Positions 19,419 through 28,519 of a stretch of DNA of 64,000 nucleotides are shown in pieces. The first letter of the stretch is position 1. Each line of letters starts with the position of its first letter. Made by a program: the position numbers and the translations under genes. The notes under the pieces were generated by a model, which was not told where the DNA came from, made no database searches, and was given only the letters and a program-made list of their open reading frames with translations. This stretch comes from Nannocystales bacterium (lineage in GTDB: Bacteria > Myxococcota_A > Polyangia > Nannocystales > Nannocystaceae), in NCBI GenBank assembly GCA_050633305.1, contig JBOEGF010000010.1, positions 32,001 through 96,000 of the forward strand, given 5' to 3'.

Positions 19419-20432
19419 CTAGAACGCGACGCGCATCTCGAATGCGACCGTCCAAGGACGCGGGCGTGTGAGTCGAGCGGCCCGCTCGTCGACGGTGTTG
19501 AGTTCGTCCGTGAGCTTGGACCAGGCCTCGCAACGTTCGGCTCCCCGGGGTGTCTCCCCACCGACCGTGTAGCAGAGGTTTCCGCCGACCGCGAACGTCT
19601 TGTCGTAGCGCAGGCCGATCGCGACGCGCTCGGTGACGTAGACAGGAACCCCTGCCCCGACGGTGAACCCGAGACCGGACTCCCAATACTTCACCTCACC
19701 GTCGACGTCTTCGACGTCTGCGAGATCGACCACCCTCCGAAAACCAACGCCCGCGGATACGTACGGGTCGAAGCGCCCACGGGATGCGGGGAAGAACTGC
19801 AGCATGGGTCCGACGTGGAAGAAGCGAGTGCTCCCTCTGGCGTCCTCCGTGAAGTAGAGGTCCGTGTCGGTTGAGGCTGGTGTGTCGAATCTGCCGCCGA
19901 CGAGGGAGGCATTTGCCCCCAGCGCGACGTGCCCCCAGCGATAGCCCGCCTCGAACCGACCACCACCCAGCGCCGCCATGTGGCCGCACCACGACCCGCA
20001 ATGTCCGGCGCCCGCGCTCAGGGAGACGAAGCCTCCGGCCCTGCGCGGCTTCGCTGTGTCCGGGGGGGCGATCTCTTCGTCGGAGTAGCGCGGGCGTTCT
20101 TCGAACGGGGGCGGCTCGTGGTCCACGGCCCTCGGAGTGGACCCGGCGACGCGGTCTGGCACACTCGGGGAAGGCTCGGGAACTGGTTCGACGACTGGCT
20201 CGGAAATCGGTCCGGGAACTGGCGCGACTTCAGCATCGACTGCCTCCGCTTGGGTTCCATCTGCAACGTCCGATGGCGGGGACTTCGGGGCTGCGGGGTC
20301 GGAGGCCTTGGACTCCGGAGTCGCCGAGACTCCAACGCCGTCGGGTCTTCCCTCCGGTTGATCCGGCCCGGTTCGTGGTGCGAGAGGCACCGGCTCGACT
20401 GCTAGCAGCACCGCTAGAACGACAACATCCAT
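19419..20432 (-). CDS. Outer-membrane beta-barrel protein with Pro-rich N-terminal linker
   Basis: Amphipathic strands (RFEAGYRW, FDPYVSAGVGF, GFTVGAGVPVYV, IGLRY), C-terminal Phe. Confidence 0.7.
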   Translation of the reverse strand: MDVVVLAVLLAVEPVPLAPRTGPDQPEGRPDGVGVSATPESKASDPAAPKSPPSDVADGTQAEAVDAEVAPVPGPISEPVVEPVPEPSPSVPDRVAGSTPRAVDHEPPPFEERPRYSDEEIAPPDTAKPRRAGGFVSLSAGAGHCGSWCGHMAALGGGRFEAGYRWGHVALGANASLVGGRFDTPASTDTDLYFTEDARGSTRFFHVGPMLQFFPASRGRFDPYVSAGVGFRRVVDLADVEDVDGEVKYWESGLGFTVGAGVPVYVTERVAIGLRYDKTFAVGGNLCYTVGGETPRGAERCEAWSKLTDELNTVDERAARLTRPRPWTVAFEMRVAF

Positions 20433-20592
20433 GTTGCAAAGGGGTGTACCAGAAGTCCGTGGTCCGGGAGGGAATAGATGGAACGATGGCCAGGCGAAGC
20501 GAGCTGCGTGAAGGGCTCTGTGCTCGCATGTTTGCTGCGGGACGATTTCTGGCCGTCTCCGTGATCGAAACGCTTCCGGTGGCGTCTACCCC

Positions 20593-20612
20593 TCTCGACG
20601 TGCACGTCGAGA
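20593..20612. repeat. Perfect 20-bp palindrome TCTCGACGTGCACGTCGAGA ending in the A of the start codon
   Basis: Read directly; equals its own reverse complement. Confidence 0.85.
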
Positions 20613-22162
20613 TGACAAACAAGCTTCGTCCGTCCGGGACCCTTGGGTTCTTCCTGGGCATCCTCTCTCTCGCGTGTGGTGGCCAGGAGGCTCGGAGCGC
20701 TGTTGAGGATACGGACACCGCGACGGACGGCGACACCGACACCGACACCGACACCGACGGGGCTGACCAGGCTCCCGAACCGGATTTCGCTCTGGTGTAT
20801 TGGCAACGGCGGCCTGGGCCCAACGGCGACGTCGCCGCGGCGACGTTGGTGGAGTCCCTGGACGGAGTGCTCCACGAGCGGGATCTCGGAGCGGATCGTC
20901 TCCCTGACGGTGACCAGTGGCGTCGATACTACGCCTCGCAGAGTCTTGCAGGCCGATGGATGTTCACCCGGGACTTCGATGCTACCGGAGGGGGGAGAAC
21001 GCGACTGCTTGACATTCACGCTCCGCTACACGAGGAGGCCCCCATCCAGCTGGGAGAGTTCGACTCCGGATCTGGGTGGACCTACTTCTTGAACGAGACG
21101 ACGGTCATGGTCACCAACGCGGGCGGCGGTGAAGACGGTGAGGTCAGCTTGCTGGACCTGGAGGGGCCCTTGACTCCTGTGCCAACAGGACGCATCGCCC
21201 GCAATGACATTGTGTTTAGCACCGGAGATGGCGAACACTTTTACTACTATGGCGGAGAGGCCGACGGGTACAATATCATGCGTGACGATCTCGACCCCGC
21301 CACGCCGGCTGTAGCGGTGACAGACATCCCCAGTGGCTATCGGGTATCTTCGTCATGGCGTGACGCCAGCGTGAGTACGTTGCTCGTCGGTGTCGGCCCA
21401 TTGGGGGCTGGAAACTCCATCTCGAGATTGTACGCGTATCCAGGTGGAGAAGGGCCCGCTGTCCTATTGGAGGAAGTGACCGGTGAGGCCGAGTTGGGGG
21501 GCATCTCGCTGTCCGATGATGGGCAGTCGTACGCCGTCACGACCCTCGAAGCGGCTGCAATCGGGACTCCGAATGCAGTCGAAACGCGTGTAGGAAACGT
21601 TCTTTCTGGCGACGGGCATTCTGTCGGTGGAAGCGGGGCTCCTGATGTCATATTCCTTCCAGGAGGCGCAGGCTATGTGCATTGGGTCGACCACGGTGAC
21701 GCCGAAGGAGCGTACATCTCGGATCTGGCGGGAGAGGATCAGGTGACCCTCCACGACGGTGAGATCTCATTTGCGACACTGTGCGGTGATCTCATCTTCA
21801 CACTCGGTGGTACGAATGAGGGACGCCCAATCCGACTGTACAACCATGCCGGAGAACGTGTTCCGGTGGAGGGCGTTGAATCTGTCCTCGAAGGCCCGGC
21901 GGCGTCTATTGGTTGCAGCTCCACCCACGCGTACGTTGGATGGGGCGACGAAGGCTACGTGCTGTTGGGTCTCGATGGGGAATCGGTGACCTACGTCGCA
22001 GACGTTGGATTCGATGTGGAAGGCTGGAGGCTGGCCCCGGGGTATGCGTTCGAATACCATGGCACCGGAGCCTCTTCGGTCCTGACGATGCGGACGAACA
22101 GCAGCCCCGACCCCGTTGTCCTCGCGCAAGGCGAGCTTATGAGCCTCAGCGTAGTCCCCTAG
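20612..22162 (+). CDS. Lipoprotein, probable beta-propeller
   Basis: Lipobox SLAC, DT linker, FSTGDGEHFYY and LSDDGQSY blade-like motifs; visibly more A/T at third codon positions than its neighbours. Confidence 0.7.
   Translation: MTNKLRPSGTLGFFLGILSLACGGQEARSAVEDTDTATDGDTDTDTDTDGADQAPEPDFALVYWQRRPGPNGDVAAATLVESLDGVLHERDLGADRLPDGDQWRRYYASQSLAGRWMFTRDFDATGGGRTRLLDIHAPLHEEAPIQLGEFDSGSGWTYFLNETTVMVTNAGGGEDGEVSLLDLEGPLTPVPTGRIARNDIVFSTGDGEHFYYYGGEADGYNIMRDDLDPATPAVAVTDIPSGYRVSSSWRDASVSTLLVGVGPLGAGNSISRLYAYPGGEGPAVLLEEVTGEAELGGISLSDDGQSYAVTTLEAAAIGTPNAVETRVGNVLSGDGHSVGGSGAPDVIFLPGGAGYVHWVDHGDAEGAYISDLAGEDQVTLHDGEISFATLCGDLIFTLGGTNEGRPIRLYNHAGERVPVEGVESVLEGPAASIGCSSTHAYVGWGDEGYVLLGLDGESVTYVADVGFDVEGWRLAPGYAFEYHGTGASSVLTMRTNSSPDPVVLAQGELMSLSVVP
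20732..20755 (+). repeat. (GACACC)4 in-frame tandem repeat encoding a DT linker
   Basis: Read directly. Confidence 0.85.
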
Positions 22163-22195
22163 CGAGGGGGGCGTCCCCTAGAGCGGGCGCAACAC

Positions 22196-22849
22196 TCAGT
22201 CGAAGTGCAGCACGGACCGGGAGAACGACCGAACACTCCGAATGGTGTTGGCGTCTGCGCGGTACCCTTGGCCTTCGAGCGCCTGGTTGCCGACGTACTG
22301 GATGTTGTCGGCTCCATAGACGGGGACGCCCACGATGCGGCTGATCGCTTGCATGAGCCGGCCGCCATCCGCGGCGGCGTAGCAATGGATCATGTACAGC
22401 GCTGCGTCCGGCGCGAGTGCGCCCCGCAGGGTCTCCAACGACGACCGATGCTGAGACAGGTTGCGCGCGGAGACGGCGTCCTGTCCGAAGAACAACATGA
22501 CCTCGGGTCGCTCTCCGGGTCCAACGAGTCCGTGGTCTTCGAAGACGACCTTGCTCGCGAGCTGGCCTCGTTCGCGGGTCCGAGTGACCAAGCCACCGCA
22601 CATCTCGCGGAGGTTGCGGGCGCCGAAGAAGAGCGACGGATGGGGGGCTGACTTGGCCCGCGTGCGGAGGCGCGACACCGCGTCGACGGCGAGGTCCGAG
22701 ATCGGTGGGGTCGCCGCTGTGCCAGCTCGATACTGCTGCCAGCCAACGTCGATGGTGCCAGCGGGCAGTCCTACGACGCGCTCAGCTTCTCGTTTTGCCG
22801 GCGCCGTCTTTGGCCCAGCACCCCACACCCAGTACAACGGTCCGCTCAT
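22196..22849 (-). CDS. DUF4347-like domain protein (stand-alone)
   Basis: VVFEDHG...LFFG...LRGALAPDAALYMIHCYAAA...LMQAISRIVGVPVYGA matches the DUF4347 pattern; start estimated at ATG 22849. Confidence 0.65.
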   Translation of the reverse strand: MSGPLYWVWGAGPKTAPAKREAERVVGLPAGTIDVGWQQYRAGTAATPPISDLAVDAVSRLRTRAKSAPHPSLFFGARNLREMCGGLVTRTRERGQLASKVVFEDHGLVGPGERPEVMLFFGQDAVSARNLSQHRSSLETLRGALAPDAALYMIHCYAAADGGRLMQAISRIVGVPVYGADNIQYVGNQALEGQGYRADANTIRSVRSFSRSVLHFD

Positions 22850-23104
22850 CCGTGATCTCCGACGTCCATGTAGGCCAAGGTATTCTAAGGCCTTACGCAC
22901 CTTCTTCGTGTGGGTTTGTTGCGGGTGTCGTGCAAAGCCGCTCTGACCACGAGGCGCCGTTCGCGCGATCCGGGAGGAGCCGCGCCAGAGGGGACGCAGC
23001 CCGGGCGTGCGCCCGCCGCCCGCAAGTTTTCGACGCGATCGGTGAGGAGGGAGGCTCCTGCGAAAAAGTTGAGATGCTCAAGCGACCTGTGCCTCCTTGG
23101 CAGC

Positions 23105-23680
23105 ATGCGACGCGCTCCCACGTCAACGTTTCGTCGAATCTCCGCGGCCGTCCTCGGCCTTGCGGCCGTCTCGTTCGCTCCGTTGCCCAGTCTTGCCGCC
23201 GACTCTCTGGCGACGCCGATGACAGGACAAAATGCGCGGGAGCTGTGGCCGCTGGATGTGACGGTGGAGATCGTCGATGTGACGCCAACGCGAGACGCGA
23301 AGAAGGGGCGGATGCCTCGGGTGATGCGTCCGCAGTCCGTCACCGTTCGTGACGGGCATCGTCTCAAATACTCCGCTGTGTTGCTGACCCCCAGCGGCCG
23401 ACACCGTCTAGACTTGGCGGTCGTCCCTCACCATCACCCGGATGCGGTGGAGGTGGAGTGGGACCTCGAGGTCGCCGAAGCCCCGTACCAAACCGTCAAC
23501 GTTGGGGACTACTTGCTCCATCGGCTGGGCGTTGGACCCACGTTGAAGCTTGACGATGAAGCTCTGGTCGTTGCGCGGGCGGACATCGAAACGACCTCTG
23601 AAGGCCGGTTGCGGCGTCGAGTTCGGGTGGGTAGCCAGGTTTACGAGATCCGCATTCGGGCCGAGGTTTCGCGCGGTTGA
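23105..23680 (+). CDS. Secreted hypothetical protein upstream of pal
   Basis: Signal peptide (RRISAAVLGLAAVSFAPLPSLA), beta-rich mature region. Confidence 0.6.
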   Translation: MRRAPTSTFRRISAAVLGLAAVSFAPLPSLAADSLATPMTGQNARELWPLDVTVEIVDVTPTRDAKKGRMPRVMRPQSVTVRDGHRLKYSAVLLTPSGRHRLDLAVVPHHHPDAVEVEWDLEVAEAPYQTVNVGDYLLHRLGVGPTLKLDDEALVVARADIETTSEGRLRRRVRVGSQVYEIRIRAEVSRG

Positions 23681-23778
23681 CACCCCCCGTTGCCGTGATA
23701 GAACCGCCTTCAAGTGCCCGCGAGATACCTATAGAGGGTGTTCCGGGCCCACTCCTTCGCCAACGAAAGACACCCACG

Positions 23779-24630
23779 ATGCGATCATTTCTGCCCCGCC
23801 TCGCCTCGTTCTCCCTCGTCGCCGCTGCGTTCGCTTTGAGCGCGCCGCTCGTGGGCTGCAAGAAACCAGAATACCCCGAGTGCAAGAAGGACAAGCACTG
23901 CAAGGCCGACCTCGGTGAGAAGTGCGTCGACGGCAAGTGCCAGAACTGCACCACCGACACCGACTGCGCGGGCAAGGGTCCGGCCGGTGAGGACCTGGTC
24001 TGCTTCGAGTTCCGCTGCACCGATCCCAGCGCCATCCCCACCGGAGACGGCGGCCAAGGCTCGCTCGGCTCGCCATGCACACAGAGCTTCGACTGCTCCG
24101 GCGGCCTCGTCTGCACGGCGGGCGCCTGTTCGAGCTGCGTGGATGATCTCTCGTGCGACGGTGGAACCTGCGATTTGGCCACGGGCACTTGCTCGGGTGG
24201 CGGCGCAGCGGGTGGTCAGTGCACGACGGACGACCAATGTGCGATGGATGAAATCTGCGATGGGGGTATGTGCGTCTTCTCGGGCATCGAGGGCGGCGGC
24301 ACCAACCCATGCGGAATCGACGCAATCTTCTTCGGCTTCGACAGCCCCAAGATTCAGCCCGAGGCACAGGAGCAGCTCGATCAGATCGCAACGTGCCTGG
24401 TCGAGCAGGGCACGCTCGTCTACCTCGAAGCACACGCCGACGCGCGGGGCACCGAGGAGTACAACATCATGCTGACCGACCGTCGCGGTCAGTCGGTGAA
24501 GAGCTACCTGGAGACCAAGGGTGTCAGTGGAGAGAACCTCCAGGTCATCTCCAAGGGCAACCTCGAGGCGATGGGGACCGACGAGTCGTCCTGGTCCAAG
24601 GATCGCCGTGTCGAGTTCATTTTCCCCTAG
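23779..24630 (+). CDS. pal: Peptidoglycan-associated lipoprotein (OmpA_C) with Cys-rich repeats
   Basis: Lipobox LVGC, CxxDxxC repeats, IFFGFD...HADARGTEEYN..L...R...DRRVEF; followed by cpoB. Confidence 0.8.
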   Translation: MRSFLPRLASFSLVAAAFALSAPLVGCKKPEYPECKKDKHCKADLGEKCVDGKCQNCTTDTDCAGKGPAGEDLVCFEFRCTDPSAIPTGDGGQGSLGSPCTQSFDCSGGLVCTAGACSSCVDDLSCDGGTCDLATGTCSGGGAAGGQCTTDDQCAMDEICDGGMCVFSGIEGGGTNPCGIDAIFFGFDSPKIQPEAQEQLDQIATCLVEQGTLVYLEAHADARGTEEYNIMLTDRRGQSVKSYLETKGVSGENLQVISKGNLEAMGTDESSWSKDRRVEFIFP

Positions 24631-24680
24631 TCGCTAGGCCCATCCGCTCGAGGTTGGGCTGCACGTCGGAAAACATCATC

Positions 24681-25562
24681 ATGAAGACCATGAGCATCTT
24701 CTCTTTGGTCTCGCGACGCACCAGGGCTCTCACGTATGTGGGGGCCCTTGGGCTTTGCGGGGTTCTGTCGTCGGGCTGCATCGCCCTCAAGGCCGATCAA
24801 GACGATCTGGCCAAGGAGGTCGACAAGCTCCGGAAGGAGGTCCTCGCGCAGGACAAGAACACCGAAGAGACGCTGGCCAAGGTGGAGACGCTCACCGAGC
24901 AGCTCGAGACCAAGCTCGCCGAGCTCGACGAGGTGCTTCGCCGCAACCAGGCCGACCTGGGCCTGCGGGTCGACAACCTCGAGACCGACACGCAGGAGCT
25001 TCGCGGCGCCGCCGAAAATGCTGATTTCATGGCGACCGCGGCCAAGCAAGAGTTGACCGAGCTTCGTGGCGACGTCGACATCCGCTTGCTGGCGCTCGAG
25101 GAAAAGCTCAACGAGGCGACGAACATCCCCGAGAGCAAGACCGAGCTGTGGTCCGAAGCCGACAAGCAGTTCAAGGCCAAGAAATTCAAGGTCTCGCGTC
25201 GGCTCTGGCGCACGTATGAGTCGCGCTACCCGACGGACTCCAAGATCGCCGAAGTTCGCTTCAACATCGGCCTCACGTTCTTCAGCGCTCGCGAGTATCG
25301 CCAGGCGCTCGGAGAGTTCTACCGAGTGATTCAAGAGAGCCCGAAGGACGCCGTCATCCCCGACGCGCTGTACTACTCGGGTCTCGCCTTCGCCAAGCTT
25401 GGCCAGTGCCAGAACGCCATCGCCTACTTCGACGCGTTGCGTCAGAAGAAGACCAAGGCCCCGGCGCACTACAAAGACAAAGCGAAGGAGCAGATCGGCA
25501 TCCTCAAGGCCGACAAGGGCGACATCTGCAGCGACGCCAAGAAGCCCGCCGCCGAGAGCTAG
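24681..25562 (+). CDS. cpoB: Tol-Pal-associated CpoB/YbgF-like protein (coiled coil + TPR)
   Basis: Lipobox SSGC, long coiled coil, TPRs (RYPTD..IAEVRFNIG, IPDALYYSG); directly after pal. Confidence 0.8.
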   Translation: MKTMSIFSLVSRRTRALTYVGALGLCGVLSSGCIALKADQDDLAKEVDKLRKEVLAQDKNTEETLAKVETLTEQLETKLAELDEVLRRNQADLGLRVDNLETDTQELRGAAENADFMATAAKQELTELRGDVDIRLLALEEKLNEATNIPESKTELWSEADKQFKAKKFKVSRRLWRTYESRYPTDSKIAEVRFNIGLTFFSAREYRQALGEFYRVIQESPKDAVIPDALYYSGLAFAKLGQCQNAIAYFDALRQKKTKAPAHYKDKAKEQIGILKADKGDICSDAKKPAAES

Positions 25563-25649
25563 CTGCCAGTTTGGGCAGTGCCCGTGCCTCGACCTGGCGT
25601 CGGCGGAGTATCCCCACCTCGGCGACGACCGTCCGGACACATCGGTGCG

Positions 25650-26339
25650 TCAGAAGCGAAGGACGGCTCCCGTCGCCCCCAACTGTGCGTCGCGTTGGCG
25701 TCGGGCGAGGACGGCCCAGATGACCCCCGCACCGATCGCGAGGCCGGCACCTACGGCTGTCGTCGCGACCCCCGCGGTGCGAAGACGGCGGTTGCGGGTG
25801 CTCAAGTCACCGTAGTCCCCTTCGTTCCGCGCATCGCCAGGCGTTGGGGTGCTGACGGACGCAGCTCCCAGGAGCCCGGCCCCGGCCGCAAGTGTGCCCA
25901 GCCCGACGCCCATCATGGCTGCGGGCAAGGGTCGTCGTGACCACGGCTTCGCCGACGAGGCGGGCTGCGGCTGCGGAGCTGTCACCGCTTGACTCGGCGT
26001 TGGTTCGGTTGCCGTCGCTGCGGGTGGCACCAGGGGTTCGGGTGTCGTGGCAGGGGTGCACTGTGCACTGAGCCTCCGAGCGTCAGCCGCATCCTCTTCG
26101 GAGGCAGCCACCGCAAACTGTTCAAAGAGGCGATGGGCGTCTTCGCAGTTGCCCGCGATGCGCTCGACTTGAGCTCGGGAGTAGAGGAGTTCCGGTCGCG
26201 GATCAGCGGCATAGGCCTCGTCGAGGATCCGGCGTGCGGCGTCGAAGTCCTCGGCTGCGACGTACTCGGCAGCGGTGCGCATGGCGTCCTCGACGGGAGC
26301 GACGAGCAGAGCGGAAACAATGAGCGGGAGGAGCGACAC
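25650..26339 (-). CDS. Exported TPR protein with C-terminal hydrophobic hairpin
   Basis: Signal peptide, AYAADPRPELLYSRAQVER..GNCEDA TPR, Gly-rich hydrophobic C-terminus. Confidence 0.7.
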   Translation of the reverse strand: MSLLPLIVSALLVAPVEDAMRTAAEYVAAEDFDAARRILDEAYAADPRPELLYSRAQVERIAGNCEDAHRLFEQFAVAASEEDAADARRLSAQCTPATTPEPLVPPAATATEPTPSQAVTAPQPQPASSAKPWSRRPLPAAMMGVGLGTLAAGAGLLGAASVSTPTPGDARNEGDYGDLSTRNRRLRTAGVATTAVGAGLAIGAGVIWAVLARRQRDAQLGATGAVLRF

Positions 26340-26342
26340 GGG

Positions 26343-27800
26343 TCAGTGGCGGAGGCTTGGTGGCCGGAGATCGTTGTCGGTAGAGGCGGGCTTGACGGGG
26401 TCGGTCGTCGGCTTTGTCGTGGAGCGTTTCTTGGGCCGTCTTCTTGATGCCCGCTTGCGGGCGGCCTCGGGTGCTGCTGTAGGGTCCTCTGCCCGCACGG
26501 CCGCAGGGTCCGCAGCGGTCGCAGCCGGGGAATCCACGGGCTCGGATGCACTGACGCGTCCTTGCTGCTCGACCGTAGGCGACGCGGCGACGCTCACAGG
26601 CGGTTCGCCTTGCTCGGGGGTGACGGTGGGTGCCGGGGTCAGCTGCGCGACGGGTGGGGCCGGAGTCCACGCCCAGTACGCGGCGATCGAAGCAGCGGCG
26701 GCGGCGACAGCGACGTAGGAGAGAACACGACCAGCACCCGAGGGTGCCGTGTGAGGCGCCGGAGTGGGTACGCTGCCGGGCTCGACCACCTCGGTTTCTT
26801 CCGGAGCTCCGGGCGAGGTGGCCTCGATCTGTAGCTCGGGCAGGGGCACATCGCCGAGGAGGTCCTGCAAGAACCCGCGAAGCGGAGCCGGTCCGATCGT
26901 GAGCCCTTCGTTCGCTGCGAAGTCGTCCAATGCTTCGCGGATGTCCGCTGTCGTTTCGAATCGGTCGTCGCGGTCGACAGCAAGAGCGCGTGCAATGACG
27001 TCTGCAAGCTGCAGCGGGAACTGCGGGTCGAGCTCGCGCGGACCAGTGTAGTCCCCTGAGATGATCGCGTTCATGATCGAGAAGTCGCTGTGTCCGGCGA
27101 ACGCACGCTGTCCGGTTGTCAGCTCGTAGAGCATGATCCCGATGCAGTAGACGTCGCTACGGCGGTCCAGCGGGAGGCCGCGGCACTGCTCCGGAGACAT
27201 ATATCCGGCCTTGCCTTTGATCGTGCCAGTCCGGGTGTGTTGGGTCCCCGAGAGCGCTTTGGCGATGCCGAAGTCGACGAGCTTGACGATGCCGTCGAAC
27301 CGCACGAGCACGTTGCCCGGCGACACATCGCGATGGACGATCGTCACCCTCTTGCCCCCGTCGGCGGGCAGGTCATGGGCGTAGCTCAGCGCATCGCAAG
27401 CCCCCGCAACGATACTCAATGCGCAGTCGAGCGGGATGGACTCGGCTTTCGCGGTCAGGCTCGCGACGTTGCGCCCATGCACGTACTCCATCGCGATGAA
27501 GTACTCACCTCGGTCGAACCCCAGATCGAAGACTTGCCCGATGTTGGGGTGGTCGAGCTGCGCCGATAGGGACGCTTCGTGGCGAAACATCTCCATGAAG
27601 CTGGCGTCGTCCTTGAGGTGCGGCAGGACGAGCTTGAGCGCGACGGTCTTGTGGAAACCTTCCGCGCCGACGGCTTTCGCGAGGTAGAGCTCTGCCATGC
27701 CGCCGCGCGCGACCCTGTGGCTGAGGACGTAGCGACCCAGGCGTGTACCCGGCGAGAGCGTGCGTGCATCCACGGGCGGGGCTTGTCCGCGACTACCCAT
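26343..27800 (-). CDS. Ser/Thr protein kinase with TM helix
   Basis: ARGGMAELY, VALK, HRDVSPGN, DFGIAK, GKAGYMSPEQ; start overlaps the ECF stop. Confidence 0.93.
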   Translation of the reverse strand: MGSRGQAPPVDARTLSPGTRLGRYVLSHRVARGGMAELYLAKAVGAEGFHKTVALKLVLPHLKDDASFMEMFRHEASLSAQLDHPNIGQVFDLGFDRGEYFIAMEYVHGRNVASLTAKAESIPLDCALSIVAGACDALSYAHDLPADGGKRVTIVHRDVSPGNVLVRFDGIVKLVDFGIAKALSGTQHTRTGTIKGKAGYMSPEQCRGLPLDRRSDVYCIGIMLYELTTGQRAFAGHSDFSIMNAIISGDYTGPRELDPQFPLQLADVIARALAVDRDDRFETTADIREALDDFAANEGLTIGPAPLRGFLQDLLGDVPLPELQIEATSPGAPEETEVVEPGSVPTPAPHTAPSGAGRVLSYVAVAAAAASIAAYWAWTPAPPVAQLTPAPTVTPEQGEPPVSVAASPTVEQQGRVSASEPVDSPAATAADPAAVRAEDPTAAPEAARKRASRRRPKKRSTTKPTTDPVKPASTDNDLRPPSLRH

Positions 27801-28443
27801 CGCTTGCCTTGTTCGGCACGAATTTGGCCGGAGCCTCGACGCCGGGTCCGACGAGCGAGCGTGTCCACCGGGCGAGGTCGTCGATCAAAGACTTCGAGAT
27901 CCTAGGGCCGGGTGCGAGGTCGTGAACGGAGGTTCGCAGCTCAGCGCGTGCGCGGCTGAGGCGGTTGCGGACCGTGCTGACGGGGATCCCCAAGACCTCC
28001 GCGATTTCCCGACCGCGCATGCCTTCCCAGTAGTGGAGTTGCATCGCGATCTGCAGGTCATCGTCGAGGCGGTTGAGCGCGAGGAGGAGAACCCGTTGCT
28101 CGTCCTGCATCGCGACGATGCCGCTGGCCGTGAGACCGGTGTCGGGACCGCGCCCCTGCACCTCCTTCATCGCGGCATCACCTCGGTGCGCTTTCCGCAA
28201 GAACTGCAGCAGCTTTCGGCGGGCGATACCAAAGAGGTACGCGCGGAAGCTGGATGCCTCGGAGAAACGGTCGCGGGCCTCGACGGCGGCGAGCAGGGTG
28301 GCCTGGGTCAGGTCGTCGGCGACGTGGCTAGCCTTGACCTCAAAGAAGCGAGAGACCGCGCCGTAGTGGCGGCGGATGAGCTCGCTTCCCGCGGACCGGT
28401 CGCCATCGCGCCATGCCGCCAAGAGGCCGAAATCCCGCTCCAT
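27793..28443 (-). CDS. ECF sigma-70 factor
   Basis: LLAAWRDGD, DDLTQATL, FRAYLFGIAR, EIAEVLGIPVSTVRNRLSRAR; ATG 28443. Confidence 0.92.
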   Translation of the reverse strand: MERDFGLLAAWRDGDRSAGSELIRRHYGAVSRFFEVKASHVADDLTQATLLAAVEARDRFSEASSFRAYLFGIARRKLLQFLRKAHRGDAAMKEVQGRGPDTGLTASGIVAMQDEQRVLLLALNRLDDDLQIAMQLHYWEGMRGREIAEVLGIPVSTVRNRLSRARAELRTSVHDLAPGPRISKSLIDDLARWTRSLVGPGVEAPAKFVPNKASDG

Positions 28444-28519
28444 GGCCCTGATGGTAGCACTGGAGCCCCATTCCGAGTTTTCTGCGGATGTTCTGCGGGC
28501 TGCGACGACTTGGTGAGCG

